DNA from: Neoechinorhynchus agilis
Lineage: Eukaryota > Animalia > Acanthocephala
Direction: 5' to 3'
DNA length: 64,000 nt
NCBI GenBank assembly: GCA_051530055.1
Contig: CM121342.1
Span: 10,431,480-10,495,479 of the forward strand
Below, in pieces: positions 42,001 through 56,520 of the stretch. How positions within the stretch are numbered: the stretch's first letter is position 1; each line of letters opens with the position of its first letter. The position numbers and the translations under genes were made by a program. The notes beneath the pieces are model-generated. The model searched no databases, was not told the DNA's origin, and worked only from the letters and a program-made list of their open reading frames with translations.

Positions 42001-45000
42001 CAATAATCGCGTTGCATTGTTCATTAAACTGGCATGGTTTCAACACATCTCCCTCACCTCCTTTTCGAGGATAAATAAGCGATGTAACATTTTTTGTGAA
42101 CCTCACCTTCGTAAGGGACGCATCTATAAATGTTCCAGTAAGTCCTAGGTTTACAGATGCAACGGCCGGCTCTACACTTGAGACCAGCAATAGTTTTGCA
42201 ATCACTGTTAGCAATACAAGGCTGCAGTACACCCGCCGATCCTTCGTCTGGATGAAAAGCATGTAAGAGATTGTCAACGTAATTCAATATTGGCTTCTAT
42301 CAAACGAATGTTCGCCAATTCGCATAAAAAAGTAAGTGCTTTTTTTTGCGAACTGCATTCGACCTTCGTGGCTATTAATTTTACTAACGTTTCTTTGGAA
42401 CGCATCTATTTCCTTGCCAATGATGGAAAGGTACGCAACGGCATTTTCCATTAATGCACTTAAGCCCAAGTCCCATTTTACAGTGCGTTGAATTCACGCA
42501 GGGCGACAGAAGTGTGCCACCACCTCCTCCTTCGGTATCTAAAAACAATTTCACATCATTGAGATGACCAATACTTCCTCTAATGATTTACCTGGGTATT
42601 TCACACACCGACCGTTGTACCACACGTAATTTTTACGGCATCTACACTTTCCTTCGATGCAGCGCAAGCCGTGGATCCAGTTGCAATGTGAGTTTTCGGT
42701 ACATGGTCCGAGAAGTTCTCCCGACGATCCATCATCTTGCATCATAAAGGGTTTGTGTTAGAGTCCATATTTCAGTTTTGAAACATGGCACAAAATTGTC
42801 TACGATCAAAATATTCATACCTTCGAGAGGAGAGCAACGTCCCGATTTCCATATATAATCCTTAGGACAAACACAGCGGCCGAAAAGACAGTACAATCCA
42901 ACTTTAACATTGCAGTTAAGGTTCGATGAACAGGGCTTTAGAAGTCCGCCGGCCGACGATTCGTCTATAAATCGAAGTTTTTTTTAATTATACCAATGAC
43001 AGTTCAGAATAGTACCGTCAATTGTACAGTAGAAGCCGTTCCACTTACTGTGTCGGACGCACTTACACCGACCTCGGATGCATGTAAGTCCCACTACTTG
43101 ATTACATTCTTCAGGTTTTAGACATTTCTGATCGAAACTTCCATCTTCCAAAGCACCTTCGAAATTTTCCACGATGGTGAGGTGTCTATAAACGTTTTCC
43201 CAAACCTTCCAGGGATAGACATTTGTTCTGTTTCCAATACTTATCGTCCGGGCATACACAAATTCCATGGTTACAAATAAGTCCAATAATCGCGTTGCAT
43301 TGTTCATTAAACTGGCATGGTTTCAACACATCTCCCTCACCTCCTTTTCGAGGATAAATAAGCGATGTAACATTTTTTGTGAACCTCACCTTCGTAAGGG
43401 ACGCATCTATAAATGTTCCAGTAAGTCCTAGGTTTACAGATGCAACGGCCGGCTCTACACTTGAGACCAGCAATAGTTTTGCAATCACTGTTAGCAATAC
43501 AAGGCTGCAGTACACCCGCCGATCCTTCGTCTGGATGAAAAGCATGTAAGAGATTGTCAACGTAATTCAATATTGGCTTCTATAAAACGAATGTTCGCCA
43601 ATTCGCATGAAAAGTAAGTGCTTTTTTTTGCGAACTGCATTCGACCTTCGTGGCTATTAATTTTACTAACGTTTCTTTGGAACGCATCTATTTCCTTGCC
43701 AATGATGGAAAGGTACGCAACGGCATTTTCCATTAATGCACTTAAGCCCAAGTCCCATTTTACAGTGCGTTGAATTCACGCAGGGCGACAGAAGTGTGCC
43801 ACCACCTCCTCCTTCGGTATCTAAAAACAATTTCACATCATTGAGATGACCAATACTTCCTCTAATGATTTACCTGGGTATTTCACACACCGACCGTTGT
43901 ACCACACGTAATTTTTTACGGCATCTACACTTTCCTTCGATGCAGCGCAAGCCGTGGATCCAGTTGCAATGTGAGTTTTCGGTACATGGTCCGAGAAGTT
44001 CTCCCGACGATCCATCATCTTGCATCATAAAGGGTTTGTGTTAGAGTCCATATTTCAGTTTTGAAACATGGCACAAAATTGTCTACGATCAAAATATTCA
44101 TACCTTCGAGAGGAGAGCAACGTCCCGATTTCCATATATAATCCTTAGGACAAACACAGCGGCCGAAAAGACAGTACAATCCAACTTTAACATTGCAGTT
44201 AAGGTTCGATGAACAGGGCTTTAGAAGTCCGCCGGCCGACGATTCGTCTATAAATCGAAGTTTTTTTTAATTATACCAATGACAGTTCAGAATAGTACCG
44301 TCAATTGTACAGTAGAAGCCGTTCCACTTACTGTGTCGGGCGCACTTACACCGACCTCGGATGCATGTAAGTCCCACTACTTGATTACATTCTTCAGGTT
44401 TTAGACATTTCTGATCGAAACTTCCATCTTCCAAAGCACCTTCGAAATTTTCCACGATGGTGAGGTGTCTATAAACGTTTTCCCAAACCTTCCAGGGATA
44501 GACATTTGTTCTGTTTCCAATACTTATCGTCCGGGCATACACAAATTCCATGGTTACAAATAAGTCCAATAATCGCGTTGCATTGTTCATTAAACTGGCA
44601 TGGTTTCAACACATCTCCCTCACCTCCTTTTCGAGGATAAATAAGCGATGTAACATTTTTGTGAACCTCACCTTCGTAAGGGACGCATCTATAAATGTTC
44701 CAGTAAGTCCTAGGTTTACAGATGCAACGGCCGGCTCTACACTTGAGACCAGCAATAGTTTTGCAATCACTGTTAGCAATACAAGGCTGCAGTACACCCG
44801 CCGATCCTTCGTCTGGATGAAAAGCATGTAAGAGATTGTCAACGTAATTCAATATTGGCTTCTATAAAACGAATGTTCGCCAATTCGCATGAAAAGTAAG
44901 TGCTTTTTTTTGCGAACTGCATTCGACCTTCGTGGCTATTAATTTTACTAACGTTTCCTTTGGAACGCATCTATTTCCTTGCCAATGATGGAAAGGTACG

Positions 45001-48000
45001 CAACGGCATTTTCCATTAATGCACTTAAGCCCAAGTCCCATTTTACAGTGCGTTGAGTTCACGCAGGGCGACAGAAGTGTGCCACCACCTCCTCCTTCGG
45101 TATCTAAAAACAATTTCACATCATTGAGATGACCAATACTTCCTCTAATGATTTACCTGGGTATTTCACACACCGACCGTTGTACCACACGTAATTTTTA
45201 CGGCATCTACACTTCCCTTCGATGCAGCGCAAGCCGTGGATCCAGTTGCAATGTGAGTTTTCGGTACATGGTCCGAGAAGTTCTCCCGACGATCCATCAT
45301 CTTGCATCATAAAGGGTTTGTGTTAGAGTCCATATTTCAGTTTTGAAACATGGCACAAAATTGTCTACCATCAAAATATTCATACCTTCGAGAGGAGAGC
45401 AACGTCCCGATTTCCATATATAATCCTTAGGACAAACACAGCGGCCGAAAAGACAGTACAATCCAACTTTAACATTGCAGTTAAGGTTCGATGAACAGGG
45501 CTTTAGAAGTCCGCCGGCCGACGATTCGTCTATAAATCGAAGTTTTTTTAATTATACCAATGACAGTTCAGAATAGTACCGTCAATTGTACAGTAGAAGC
45601 CGTTCCACTTACTGTGTCGGACGCACTTACACCGACCTCGGATGCATGTAAGTCCCACTACTTGATTACATTCTTCAGGTTTTAGACATTTCTGATCGAA
45701 ACTTCCATCTTCCAAAGCACCTTCGAAATTTTCCACGATGGTGAGGTGTCTATAAACGTTTTCCCAAACCTTCCAGGGATAGACATTTGTTCTGTTTCCA
45801 ATACTTATCGTCCGGGCATACACAAATTCCATGGTGACAAATAAGTCCAATAATCGCGTTGCATTGTTCATTAAACTGGCATGGTTTCAACACATCTCCC
45901 TCACCTCCTTTTCGAGGATAAATAAGCGATGTAACATTTTTGTGAACCTCACCTTCGTAAGGGACGCATCTATAAATGTTCCAGTAAGTCCTAGGTTTAC
46001 AGATGCAACGGCCGGCTCTACACTTGAGACCAGCAATAGTTTTGCAATCACTGTTAGCAATACAAGGCTGCAGTACACCCGCCGATCCTTCGTCTGGATG
46101 AAAAGCATGTAAGAGATTGTCAACGTAATTCAATATTGGCTTCTATAAAACGAATGTTCGCCAATTCGCATGAAAAGTAAGTGCTTTTTTTGCGAACTGC
46201 ATTCGACCTTCGTGGCTATTAATTTTACTAACGTTTCTTTGGAACGCATCTATTTCCTTGCCAATGATGGAAAGGTACGCAACGGCATTTTCCATTAATG
46301 CACTTAAGCCCAAGTCCCATTTTACAGTGCGTTGAGTTCACGCAGGGCGACAGAAGTGTGCCACCACCTCCTCCTTCGGTATCTAAAAACAATTTCACAT
46401 CATTGAGATGACCAATACTTCCTCTAATGATTTACCTGGGTATTTCACACACCGACCGTTGTACCACACGTAATTTTTACGGCATCTACACTTCCCTTCG
46501 ATGCAGCGCAAGCCGTGGATCCAGTTGCAATGTGAGTTTTCGGTACATGGTCCGAGAAGTTCTCCCGACGATCCATCATCTTGCATCATAAAGGGTTTGT
46601 GTTAGAGTCCATATTTCAGTTTTGAAACATGGCACAAAATTGTCTACGATCAAAATATTCATACCTTCGAGAGGAGAGCAACGTCCCGATTTCCATATAT
46701 AATCCTTAGGACAAACACAGCGGCCGAAAAGACAGTACAATCCAACTTTAACATTGCAGTTAAGGTTCGATGAACAGGGCTTTAGAAGTCCGCCGGCCGA
46801 CGATTCGTCTATAAATCGAAGTTTTTTTAATTATACCAATGACAGTTCAGAATAGTACCGTCAATTGTACAGTAGAAGCCGTTCCACTTACTGTGTCGGA
46901 CGCACTTACACCGACCTCGGATGCATGTAAGTCCCACTACTTGATTACATTCTTCAGGTTTTAGACATTTCTGATCGAAACTTCCATCTTCCAAAGCACC
47001 TTCGAAATTTTCCACGATGGTGAGGTGTCTATAAACGTTTTCCCAAACCTTCCAGGGATAGACATTTGTTCTGTTTCCAATACTTATCGTCCGGGCATAC
47101 ACAAATTCCATGGTGACAAATAAGTCCAATAATCGCGTTGCATTGTTCATTAAACTGGCATGGTTTCAACACATCTCCCTCACCTCCTTTTCGAGGATAA
47201 ATAAGCGATGTAACATTTTTGTGAACCTCACCTTCGTAAGGGACGCATCTATAAATGTTCCAGTAAGTCCTAGGTTTACAGATGCAACGGCCGGCTCTAC
47301 ACTTGAGACCAGCAATAGTTTTGCAATCACTGTTAGCAATACAAGGCTGCAGTACACCCGCCGATCCTTCGTCTGGATGAAAAGCATGTAAGAGATTGTC
47401 AACGTAATTCAATATTGGCTTCTATAAAACGAATGTTCGCCAATTCGCATGAAAAGTAAGTGCTTTTTTTGCGAACTGCATTCGACCTTCGTGGCTATTA
47501 ATTTTACTAACGTTTCTTTGGAACGCATCTATTTCCTTGCCAATGATGGAAAGGTACGCAACGGCATTTTCCATTAATGCACTTAAGCCCAAGTCCCATT
47601 TTACAGTGCGTTGAGTTCACGCAGGGCGACAGAAGTGTGCCACCACCTCCTCCTTCGGTATCTAAAAACAATTTCACATCATTGAGATGACCAATACTTC
47701 CTCTAATGATTTACCTGGGTATTTCACACACCGACCGTTGTACCACACGTAATTTTTACGGCATCTACACTTTCCTTCGATGCAGCGCAAGCCGTGGATC
47801 CAGTTGCAATGTGAGTTTTCGGTACATGGTCCGAGAAGTTCTCCCGACGATCCATCATCTTGCATCATAAAGGGTTTGTGTTAGAGTCCATATTTCAGTT
47901 TTGAAACATGGCACAAAATTGTCTAACCATCAAAATATTCATACCTTCGAGAGGAGAGCAACGTCCCGATTTCCATATATAATCCTTAGGACAAACACAG

Positions 48001-50540
48001 CGGCCGAAAAGACAGTACAATCCAACTTTAACATTGCAGTTAAGGTTCGATGAACAGGGCTTTAGAAGTCCGCCGGCCGACGATTCGTCTATAAATCGAA
48101 GTTTTTTTTAATTATACCAATGACAGTTCAGAATAGTACCGTCAATTGTACAGTAGAAGCCGTTCCACTTTACTGTGTCGGGCGCACTTACACCGACCTC
48201 GGATGCATGTAAGTCCCACTACTTGATTACATTCTTCAGGTTTTAGACATTTCTGATCGAAACTTCCATCTTCCAAAGCACCTTCGAAATTTTCCACGAT
48301 GGTGAGGTGTCTATAAACGTTTTCCCAAACCTTCCAGGGATAGACATTTGTTCTGTTTCCAATACTTATCGTCCGGGCATACACAAATTCCATGGTGACA
48401 AATAAGTCCAATAATCGCGTTGCATTGTTCATTAAACTGGCATGGTTTCAACACATCTCCCTCACCTCCTTTTCGAGGATAAATAAGCGATGTAACATTT
48501 TTGTGAACCTCACCTTCGTAAGGGACGCATCTATAAATGTTCCAGTAAGTCCTAGGTTTACAGATGCAACGGCCGCCTCTACACTTGAGACCAGCAATAG
48601 TTTTGCAATCACTGTTAGCAATACAAGGCTGCAGTACACCCGCCGATCCTTCGTCTGGATGAAAAGCATGTAAGAGATTGTCAACGTAATTCAATATTGG
48701 CTTCTATAAAACGAATGTTCGCCAATTCGCATGAAAAGTAAGTGCTTTTTTTTGCGAACTGCATTCGACCTTCGCGGCTATTAATTTTACTAACGTTTCT
48801 TTGGAACGCATCTATTTCCTTGCCAATGATGGAAAGGTACGCAACGGCATTTTCCATTAATGCACTTAAGCCCAAGTCCCATTTTACAGTGCGTTGAGTT
48901 CACGCAGGGCGACAGAAGTGTGCCACCACCTCCTCCTTTGGTATCTAAAAACAATTTCACATCATTGAGATGACCAATACTTCCTCTAATGATTTACCTG
49001 GGTATTTCACACACCGACCGTTGTACCACACGTAATTTTTACGGCATCTACACTTTCCCTTCGATGCAGCGCAAGCCGTGGATCCAGTTGCAATGTGAGT
49101 TTTCGGTACATGGTCCGAGAAGTTCTCCCGACGATCCATCATCTTGCATCATAAAGGGTTTGTGTTAGAGTCCATATTTCAGTTTTGAAACATGGCACAA
49201 AATTGTCTACGATCAAAATATTCATACCTTCGAGAGGAGAGCAACGTCCCGATTTCCAATATATAATCCTTAGGACAAACACAGCGGCCGAAAAGACAGT
49301 ACAATCCAACTTTAAAATTGCAGTTAAGGTTCGATGAACAGGGCTTTAGAAGTCCGCCGGCCGACGATTCGTCTATAAATCGAAGTTTTTTTAATTATAC
49401 CAATGACAGTTCAGAATAGTACCGTCAATTGTACAGTAGAAGCCGTTCCACTTACTGTGTCGGGCGCACTTACACCGACCTCGGATGCATGTAAGTCCCA
49501 CTACTTGATTACATTCTTCAGGTTTTAGACATTTCTGATCGAAACTTCCATCTTCCAAAGCACCTTCGAAATTTTCCACGATGGTGAGGTGTCTATAAAC
49601 GTTTTCCCAAACCTTCCAGGGATAGACATTTGTTCTGTTTCCAATACTTATCGTCCGGGCATACACAAATTCCACTGTGACAAATAAGTCCAATAATCGC
49701 GTTGCATTGTTCATTAAACTGGCATGGTTTCAACACATCTCCCTCACCTCCTTTTCGAGGATAAATAAGCGATGTAACATTTTTGTGAACCTCACCTTCG
49801 TAAGGGACGCATCTATAAATGTTCCAGTAAGTCCTAGGTTTACAGATGCAACGGCCGGCTCTACACTTGAGACCAGCAATAGTTTTGCAATCACTGTTAG
49901 CAATACAAGGCTGCAGTACACCCGCCGATCCTTCGTCTGGATGAAAAGCATGTAAGAGATTGTCAACGTAATTCAATATTGGCTTCTATAAAACGAATGT
50001 TCGCCAATTCGCATGAAAAGTAAGTGCTTTTTTTGCGAACTGCATTCGACCTTCGTGGCTATTAATTTTACTAACGTTTTTTGCAATAGTGCCCATTCCA
50101 TTTGTATTTTGCCTTGCATTTGCATTTATTTTTTCTGCATTGTAGGCCTAGACTTGTGCGACATTCTTGGTCTGCTGAGCATTTTGTGTTGTGCCCATGT
50201 TCTCCTTCCGTTTCTCCTTTTTTTGCTTATTTAAATATGTATACATTTTTTTCTTACCTATGCAGCGGTTTCGAAACCATTGAAATCCGTCCCTGCACGC
50301 ACACAATCCTTTTCGGCAGTACAAGCCCCTGAATATATCACAATCGTTACTCGTTTCGCATTGACACGGTATAATTGTTCCAAATATTTCAATATAGTTT
50401 TCTCTTTGGGATAGGTGACCTATTTTAAACTTTGCATTCGCTGCTTTTATTTGTTGTTTACCTCCAAAGATTTCTGCGATTAGTGAACATAGCAAAATTG
50501 CCCACGAGTTGCTAACGAAATTTGTTTGAAGGCAATTGAA
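36032..50540 (-). CDS. Giant multi-exon cysteine-rich repeat protein, paralogue 2 (may be partly pseudogenised)
   Basis: Hydrophobic WAILLCSLIAEIFG, a 42-nt intron (50420-50461), a PCQC module, ~60 single-module exons in repeating a-f order, then a terminal exon (36032-~37420). One module has a frameshift (~39707) and one a TAA (39519-39521). Start codon not resolved. Confidence 0.75.
36471..37121 (-). repeat. 651-bp tract near-identical to 10542-11192
   Basis: Partner of the tract in paralogue 1. Confidence 0.92.
37626..39028. repeat. 1.4-kb direct duplication, copy 1 (copy 2 at 40113-41513)
   Basis: Mirror ORFs 38006/40493 and 38350/40837 (offset 2487) have near-identical translations. 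Covers about seven modules. Confidence 0.93.
40113..41513. repeat. 1.4-kb direct duplication, copy 2
   Basis: Partner of 37626-39028. Confidence 0.93.
41530..50078. repeat. Tandem array 2: ~6.7 units of ~1282 bp, six exons each
   Basis: Equivalent positions at 41701, 42984, 44267, 45548, 46827, ~48109 and 49391. Units are almost identical to one another but clearly different from array 1 units. Confidence 0.97.
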
Positions 50541-50980
50541 TTAAGCCTAGCCTTGATCATACCACATTTTTGTGCACTTGAAGTTATATTCTTAGCGCAA
50601 ATCTATCTTTTGTGTGTGGTTTTTGTTTTATGCTCTCTATGTGGTTGTAAATTAAACCTTTATGTGTCACCAGCGGTGAATGGCGGTTTTAGCATCAGGT
50701 GTGCTTGTGGGATTTGAAATAAATTTTGCAGGTGATAAATTTGAATGGATGCCTTGCTACGATTTTTGGGCACTTGTTCTCAGCTGTTAGTAAGACTACA
50801 TATTTAATTTGAACATAAAAAATGTAGTTATAATTACTTGTACAATTCCATGAGTGCGCCACGCAGCGAATCAGAATTCGTTTTATCGACAGCGGAGATA
50901 TTGTACCTACCATATCTTTCAAGTTTCCTTTTATTTTGAAATGAAAACTTCTTAATTATCTGAACTAAAAGGTACCATTT

Positions 50981-51243
50981 CGACATGGATTTCTTCGTTT
51001 ATAAATCCGTTCCAAACTATGCTTAAATTGTCAAGGATATGAAACAATTAACTTTTACCCGTTGAATTTTGTTGGTTAAATGCAGAAACCTTTTCCTTGA
51101 TTTCTGAGCTAATCTTTAAATATCTTACAAGTTTGAACTTCCAACCACGATTTGTGACTGTAACTAATCCAGAAATGTAGATCAAGGGTCACATTGAATA
51201 TATCAGCCGGATTGAACGTTTTAGATCAAAAAACGACGGTGAT
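50981..51243 (-). repeat. Inner inverted-repeat segment (partner 35464-35725)
   Basis: Detached from the main right arm by ~5.45 kb of retroelement remnants. Confidence 0.92.
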
Positions 51244-51410
51244 AAGTGCTTCTGATTAAATCTAAAAGGATTGTAGATTTTAATATTGCGTTTAATAACC
51301 AATTATTATTACTAACTCACAAATTGTATTTACACGAATTCCCAGAATTAATGACAATAATACGTTTTACTTATTCCATCGATAGAAAGTCCTTCGGGAT
51401 AATAAAATTC

Positions 51411-51494
51411 CACTTTCGGTGAGAATAATCCCGGTCATTACATATTTTATTTATTCGAAATATGTAATGGCCGGGATTATTCTCACCGAAAGTG
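51411..51494. repeat. Near-perfect 84-bp hairpin (MITE-like)
   Basis: 37-bp arms (51411-51447 and 51458-51494) with one mismatch and a 10-nt loop. Confidence 0.9.
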
Positions 51495-51589
51495 TAGTTT
51501 TACTTATTGTTTTGGTCTTCTCCCGGTTAATATTTTTTTTCAATAAAAACGTTTCAAACCTCGTCGGGTTCATCATATAACCCGAGTTA

Positions 51590-54500
51590 AGTGACGTTTT
51601 GATTGTTTGTTGAAAATCTCATAAATGCGCTGGGGAGCGGAGAAGATCAATCTGGAGATTTTAGAGGGCTCTTCTATGAAACGTTTCAAGGCGACGGATT
51701 TGTGATTAGGATAGATTGCAAAGAGCGGACGAAGGGACTCCTAAATGGCGGAAGTGTTTTAAGAGGTCAAATTTAAAGATGTTGCGTTTGGGCTAAAATG
51801 TAATGTGCGAGTTCCATTTCACATTTGATTGAAATAGGCGACAAAAATTCTGACGGAGGTGACTCGCCGGATATCATTTGGAAGATCCGGGGGAGCAACT
51901 CAACGCACTTAGAGAAGTTCAGGTAATGTTTGTGATTGGTGTAGAAATCTTTGATGTGGATGATTTCGTTAGATGGTAAGGAGAGGGAGAGTTCGGAGGG
52001 TGATTGTGTGATGAGGCTGAAATCGTCGGCATATAAGAAAAGTTTGGATTGAGAGGAGATAGCTTTAAGTTTGCCTAAAAAATATTTAAAAAGAAGTGGT
52101 GATAGGACGGCACCCTGAGGTACGCCTTTTGTGAGGGATAGGGTGATCGAGGAGTTAGCACTGTAGTGAATGTATTGTTCGCGATTGTAAAAATAAGAGG
52201 CCAGCCAGTGGATATGCCACGAGTTTAGACCGAAATCGGATAAGGTCTGAAGAAGTAGTGAGTGGCCTGCAGAGTCCAATGCTTTCGACAAGTCCATTTG
52301 AATGAGCCGAGTGACATGAGATTGATTACTAAACGCGTCGTAAACGCAAAGTAGGCAGCAATAGTTTTTGAGAAGTGGAAAAGGGGGGTTTTGTGGTATT
52401 TTTCGATAATTTTTCTTGAATGATTCCGTAGAAATCGGAAGTCCATTTTTTAGGAAGAAGAATTACTTTAGCAGTTTCAGGCACAAGAGTTTGATGGCTG
52501 TGATTTAGAATGAAGGCTAGAGGGTCTACTAGTTTGCGGCTGATGCACCGAAGAGCCCAGTTTGGATTTTAGATTGAGGAAACGAATTTCAAGGTAACTT
52601 CTTGAGGTGTTGGAGGATTTCATATGACGAAACTAATGGGAGTATTGGAGAGTTGACAGAAGTATCACTTGTAGCAGTGATAGTTTGTGTGGAGTCTGAG
52701 GTGGGACAATGGCTATAATTTCAGTCATAGCAGAGGTTCTGATTGATGGAGTCTAGAGTATGTTTCAGTATAAACTATTGCAAGTTTGATAAGTGATCAG
52801 GGTTGCGTAGACCAAGAGAATCTTTGACGGCACGCCACCATGTTGAATTGTCACCTGAACGAATATTCGAGGAAAGGAAGTTTTTGCGGACCGCAAGTAT
52901 TTTAGCTTAACCGGCGCATGGAATTTCAAGATGGGTGTTGTCCATGGTGGGCCACGCTTGGATATTCGAATTTTATGATCATGGCTAGTGTCATTTTTGT
53001 TGTCAGAGTAAAGGATGCGAATCATCGAATTGAGAAATTTGATAAAATTGTAGATGCTATGATCCCGTTTATCTTAGAAGGGTAGGTGAGGTGATTTCTG
53101 ACGCCGAGGTGGAGTGGCGAGAGTGATAAGGGCAAAAGATCGGTGAGATTTCGCAGGGCAGGGGAGTTTAGAGGCGGATGGGTAGGCGTCGGTATTTGTG
53201 AATACTTTGTCGAGGTGAGCGTCAAGACGTGTTGGGAAGTCATTAGCTGACGCAACTCAGAGAAGGGTGAGATAGGAAAGTTTATTGAAGTCCCCTGTAC
53301 CAAGGGAATGGTGTGATTCGGCGGAGTTTATGAGCTGCATCATGGAATCAGGTTGACATAAGGAGGACGAGAGACAGAAGGGAAGTAGACGCCAACAATT
53401 GCGAATTCTGTGAGGCCATTTCTCAGAGGAGCTGAGAAATGGAGTGCGATGAATTCTAGATCGGGGTTTTGCAGAGAGCCAATCCTATGGGAGATGAAGA
53501 GTATGGTAGTGATTGTCGTGGGAAAGATGGCAGAATTGCTGTTGAGGAATAGTCTATTTCACCTAAGATGATAACGTCAGCTTTTTGAGGTAGGTGAAAT
53601 GAGTGATACTTCATCTAGTTTAGAGCACGCTTCAAGAGTTAAGATAGAATACTATGGGGAAGGGAATTTTTGGGGCGAATTGGTGTGCATGAGCTAAGAT
53701 TGGATGAGCCGATTTATGGTATATTTGTGTAAGGATAAAATGATAACTTTTAACTTATTTCGGGAGGGAAACCGTCTTTAATGTGGAAGGACTAGGTGAT
53801 TGTCCTTGGTGGTTTTTCGAACGCTAAAGGAGGTGCACATAATTAAAGAAGTTGGGCAGACGATACGAAGAATAAGGTGGCGGTGATGTGCATTAGAGGC
53901 GCAAGGGTCTGCAATAGGGGATTCAGGGAAGAGTGCATGATACGATGGGTCGAGTTCAGATTGGCAAGGAATGATGGACGGGGAAGGCGCATCGTGACAG
54001 AAATGAGTCGGAGAGTTGATTGTTTATGTTGGTATTTATGTCGACTTTATACATTTATAGTTCTTTGTCCCTCCTTTTGCTCGTCTTCCTACTCGTTCAG
54101 ATGTTTCTTCGAACTTTTGCTTAACTTTAACTTTCTTAGTAGTTGCTGGAGGTGAATCGCTTCGTTTTCCCTATCGCTACCTTTTATAAGTCTTAATATC
54201 ATATATCTACACCGTAATTTGAAAATCGTGAAGTACTCTAGGCTGCATATCCTCTGAGAGTGGCATCAAATCGCTAAAAAACGTTGAAGTATTCGCAGTA
54301 TTTTGAACGCCACTCGTTTTCTAAAAAATCTTCGTTTGAGTTTGGCATACTGTTGGTATCTATCAAAACCGCATTCTCCTTCGTGGCCGCTTCATTAGCA
54401 GATTTCTGTAGAACGTAAGCTTGCTTCATAGAATCCCATTTGGAAACTTTGTCTGCCTATTTGAGCCGTTAGATTTATTCTCTGCGCTTCTTGATTTCGG

Positions 54501-54650
54501 CAAACTGTTAACTTCTAATAGCTTTATTCTTTAACTGTGCTCACGGCTTCAATCAACGAGCCCTTTAGAGTATCAGTGACTTGAGGAAAGAACTGCTTTA
54601 GTACGACATCGGTAAGAGCAGAATGTTTAGCCGAGTCCCGTAAGCAAGAC
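51590..54650 (-). mobile_element. Near full-length degraded CR1/L2-group LINE (ORF1, APE, RT, C-terminus)
   Basis: RT DLSKALDS...GVPQGAVLSPLLF...YADDF at 51773-52297, APE remnants ~53000-53800, and an ORF1-like region homologous to 62000-62600 and 63600-64000. Confidence 0.8.
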
Positions 54651-54659
54651 AGCTCATCG

Positions 54660-55700
54660 CTGCGCATTCGTCCTACAACTACTCAAAGTTTAAGTTCGAA
54701 GGTGTAAATTATGACCAAGTCCACTTTCCCCAGTATTAGCAGAGCTATACATGAGATCATGCGAGAAGAAACACGTGTCGAAATTGAGCGGTGTGGAGCT
54801 ATGGATACGATATGTAGATGATACTTTCATTATCCTTGATCCCAGCACAAGTTCAACCGAAAAGCTCGAAAAGTAATTGAATAGCTGTCACCAGAACATA
54901 CAATGGACAATTGAAGAAGATTAAAATGATAGTTTGCCATTCTTGGACGTATGCGTAAGGCGGAAATATAACAGTGGTTCATGACATCGGTCTATAGAAA
55001 ACAGGGGGTTCCGCATATGGTGGTGCCATGGATGTCATCTCAGCCGGTTAAATACAAATTGGCAAGGGTCAGGTTGATGCTCATAAGGGCATTTAGATTT
55101 TGTTCCGATAGAATGAGCCTCAAAGATGAACTGGAATTGGATTTATAGTAGCAGTTTAAAAGGGAGTGAATATCCAAAGAGATACATTGACAAACGTAAG
55201 AAGGAAGCGCAAAAGAAGCACTTCATTGAAGCACCATTCATCAGCGGTCCATTGAACTCAAAAATGGTAGCTGTAATCAAAAAGATTGATAAGGACAGGG
55301 AGTTCACGATATATAATAAGAAAGGCAGAACTCTCCAAACAGTACTTCGGCCGAAGAATGAGGATGGAATATCTAGTTGTGTCTACAAGATTCCATGTTT
55401 CAACTCCAATCTTTCATATGCGGGACAAACGAACAATCTAAAAAGAAGGATTGTCGAGCACCTAAAAGCAGCTTCAAAGAAGATTGAATTCGGCAATAGT
55501 GTCCCATATTATTAGCAATGGGAACAAGGTTAATTTTGATGGTACTCAGACTCTTGCGCGGAGTGATGTAAGCCGCGACAGGGTGAGGATGGATGCCATC
55601 ATGGTAAAAAAAGGATACGTTCGTGGGCAACAAAGCGGATTTAATTAAATCAAAGTGGGGATTGCAGGTTGGATGATGAATTCGTGGAGGCTGCTAATCT
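54660..55700 (+). mobile_element. Penelope-like element remnant
   Basis: WIRYVDDTFII, IQWTIEE, LPFLDV and GIY-YIG CVYKIPC...YAGQTNNLKRRIVEH. Stops and frameshifts. Confidence 0.8.
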
Positions 55701-55859
55701 TTGGTTTGGAAATTCAGGGAGCGAGCAGGTCCTCGCCAATGGTTGCAAACAATCAGTTTGGACTAACCCCTGGTAGCGAGAATTCAATACTCTTTAATTT
55801 CAGATTCTCGTGACCTGGTGAACCAAACTCGATTGGCGGCAGTCTCTACAAGAGAATCG

Positions 55860-56520
55860 GGTGCTTAGCTCAACGCTATACAAATCGCTTCTGTGGGTAC
55901 CCTTCTCTCCGACGAGACAGTAAGGATTGTAGTGTCCCTGAGATTTGGGGTACCGATGTGCACATCCCATCGCTGCCGCTGAGGAGCGACCTTGGAACCA
56001 TCGGGACGCCATGGCCTGGTCTGTCTGCAATCAGGCGGAAGGTACTCACGACACGCCGAAGTGAACGCAATTCTTAGTCGTGCCCTGAATAATGTGAATG
56101 GGCCAAACATCTTAGAGCCAAGCAATCTTTGCCGACTCGATGGCCGTAGACCGGACGGTGTCACAGTATTACAGTGGCGAGAAGGAACATGCCTTCTATG
56201 GGACGCTACGGTAATGGACACAATCGCAGCCACAACATAAAATTCGCTACCATTAAACCAGGGGAGCAGCAACCGCCGCTGAGGAACGCAAAAGGCCAAA
56301 ATACAGGGACCTGAGTCGAAATCATCATTTTGTTCCCTTTGGCGTCGAGACATTTGAGTCGTTTGGTACGGCGGAGCAGTACCTGATCAATCAATTGTCT
56401 AAGAGATTGAGACGAATCACTGGCGATCCGAAATAAAGAGCATTCCTCCTACAAAACACGAGCCTAGCTGTGCAACGAAGCAACGCTGCATTCGTCCTTT
56501 CGACCGTTACAGCGGGACGG
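55860..56520 (+). mobile_element. CRE-like non-LTR 3' fragment (zinc knuckle plus RLE)
   Basis: GTLLSDETVRIVVSLRFG..C..H.C...HGLVC...RH.EVN, RPDGVTV..W..G..LLWDATV, FVPFGVET and SLAVQRSNAA. Confidence 0.82.
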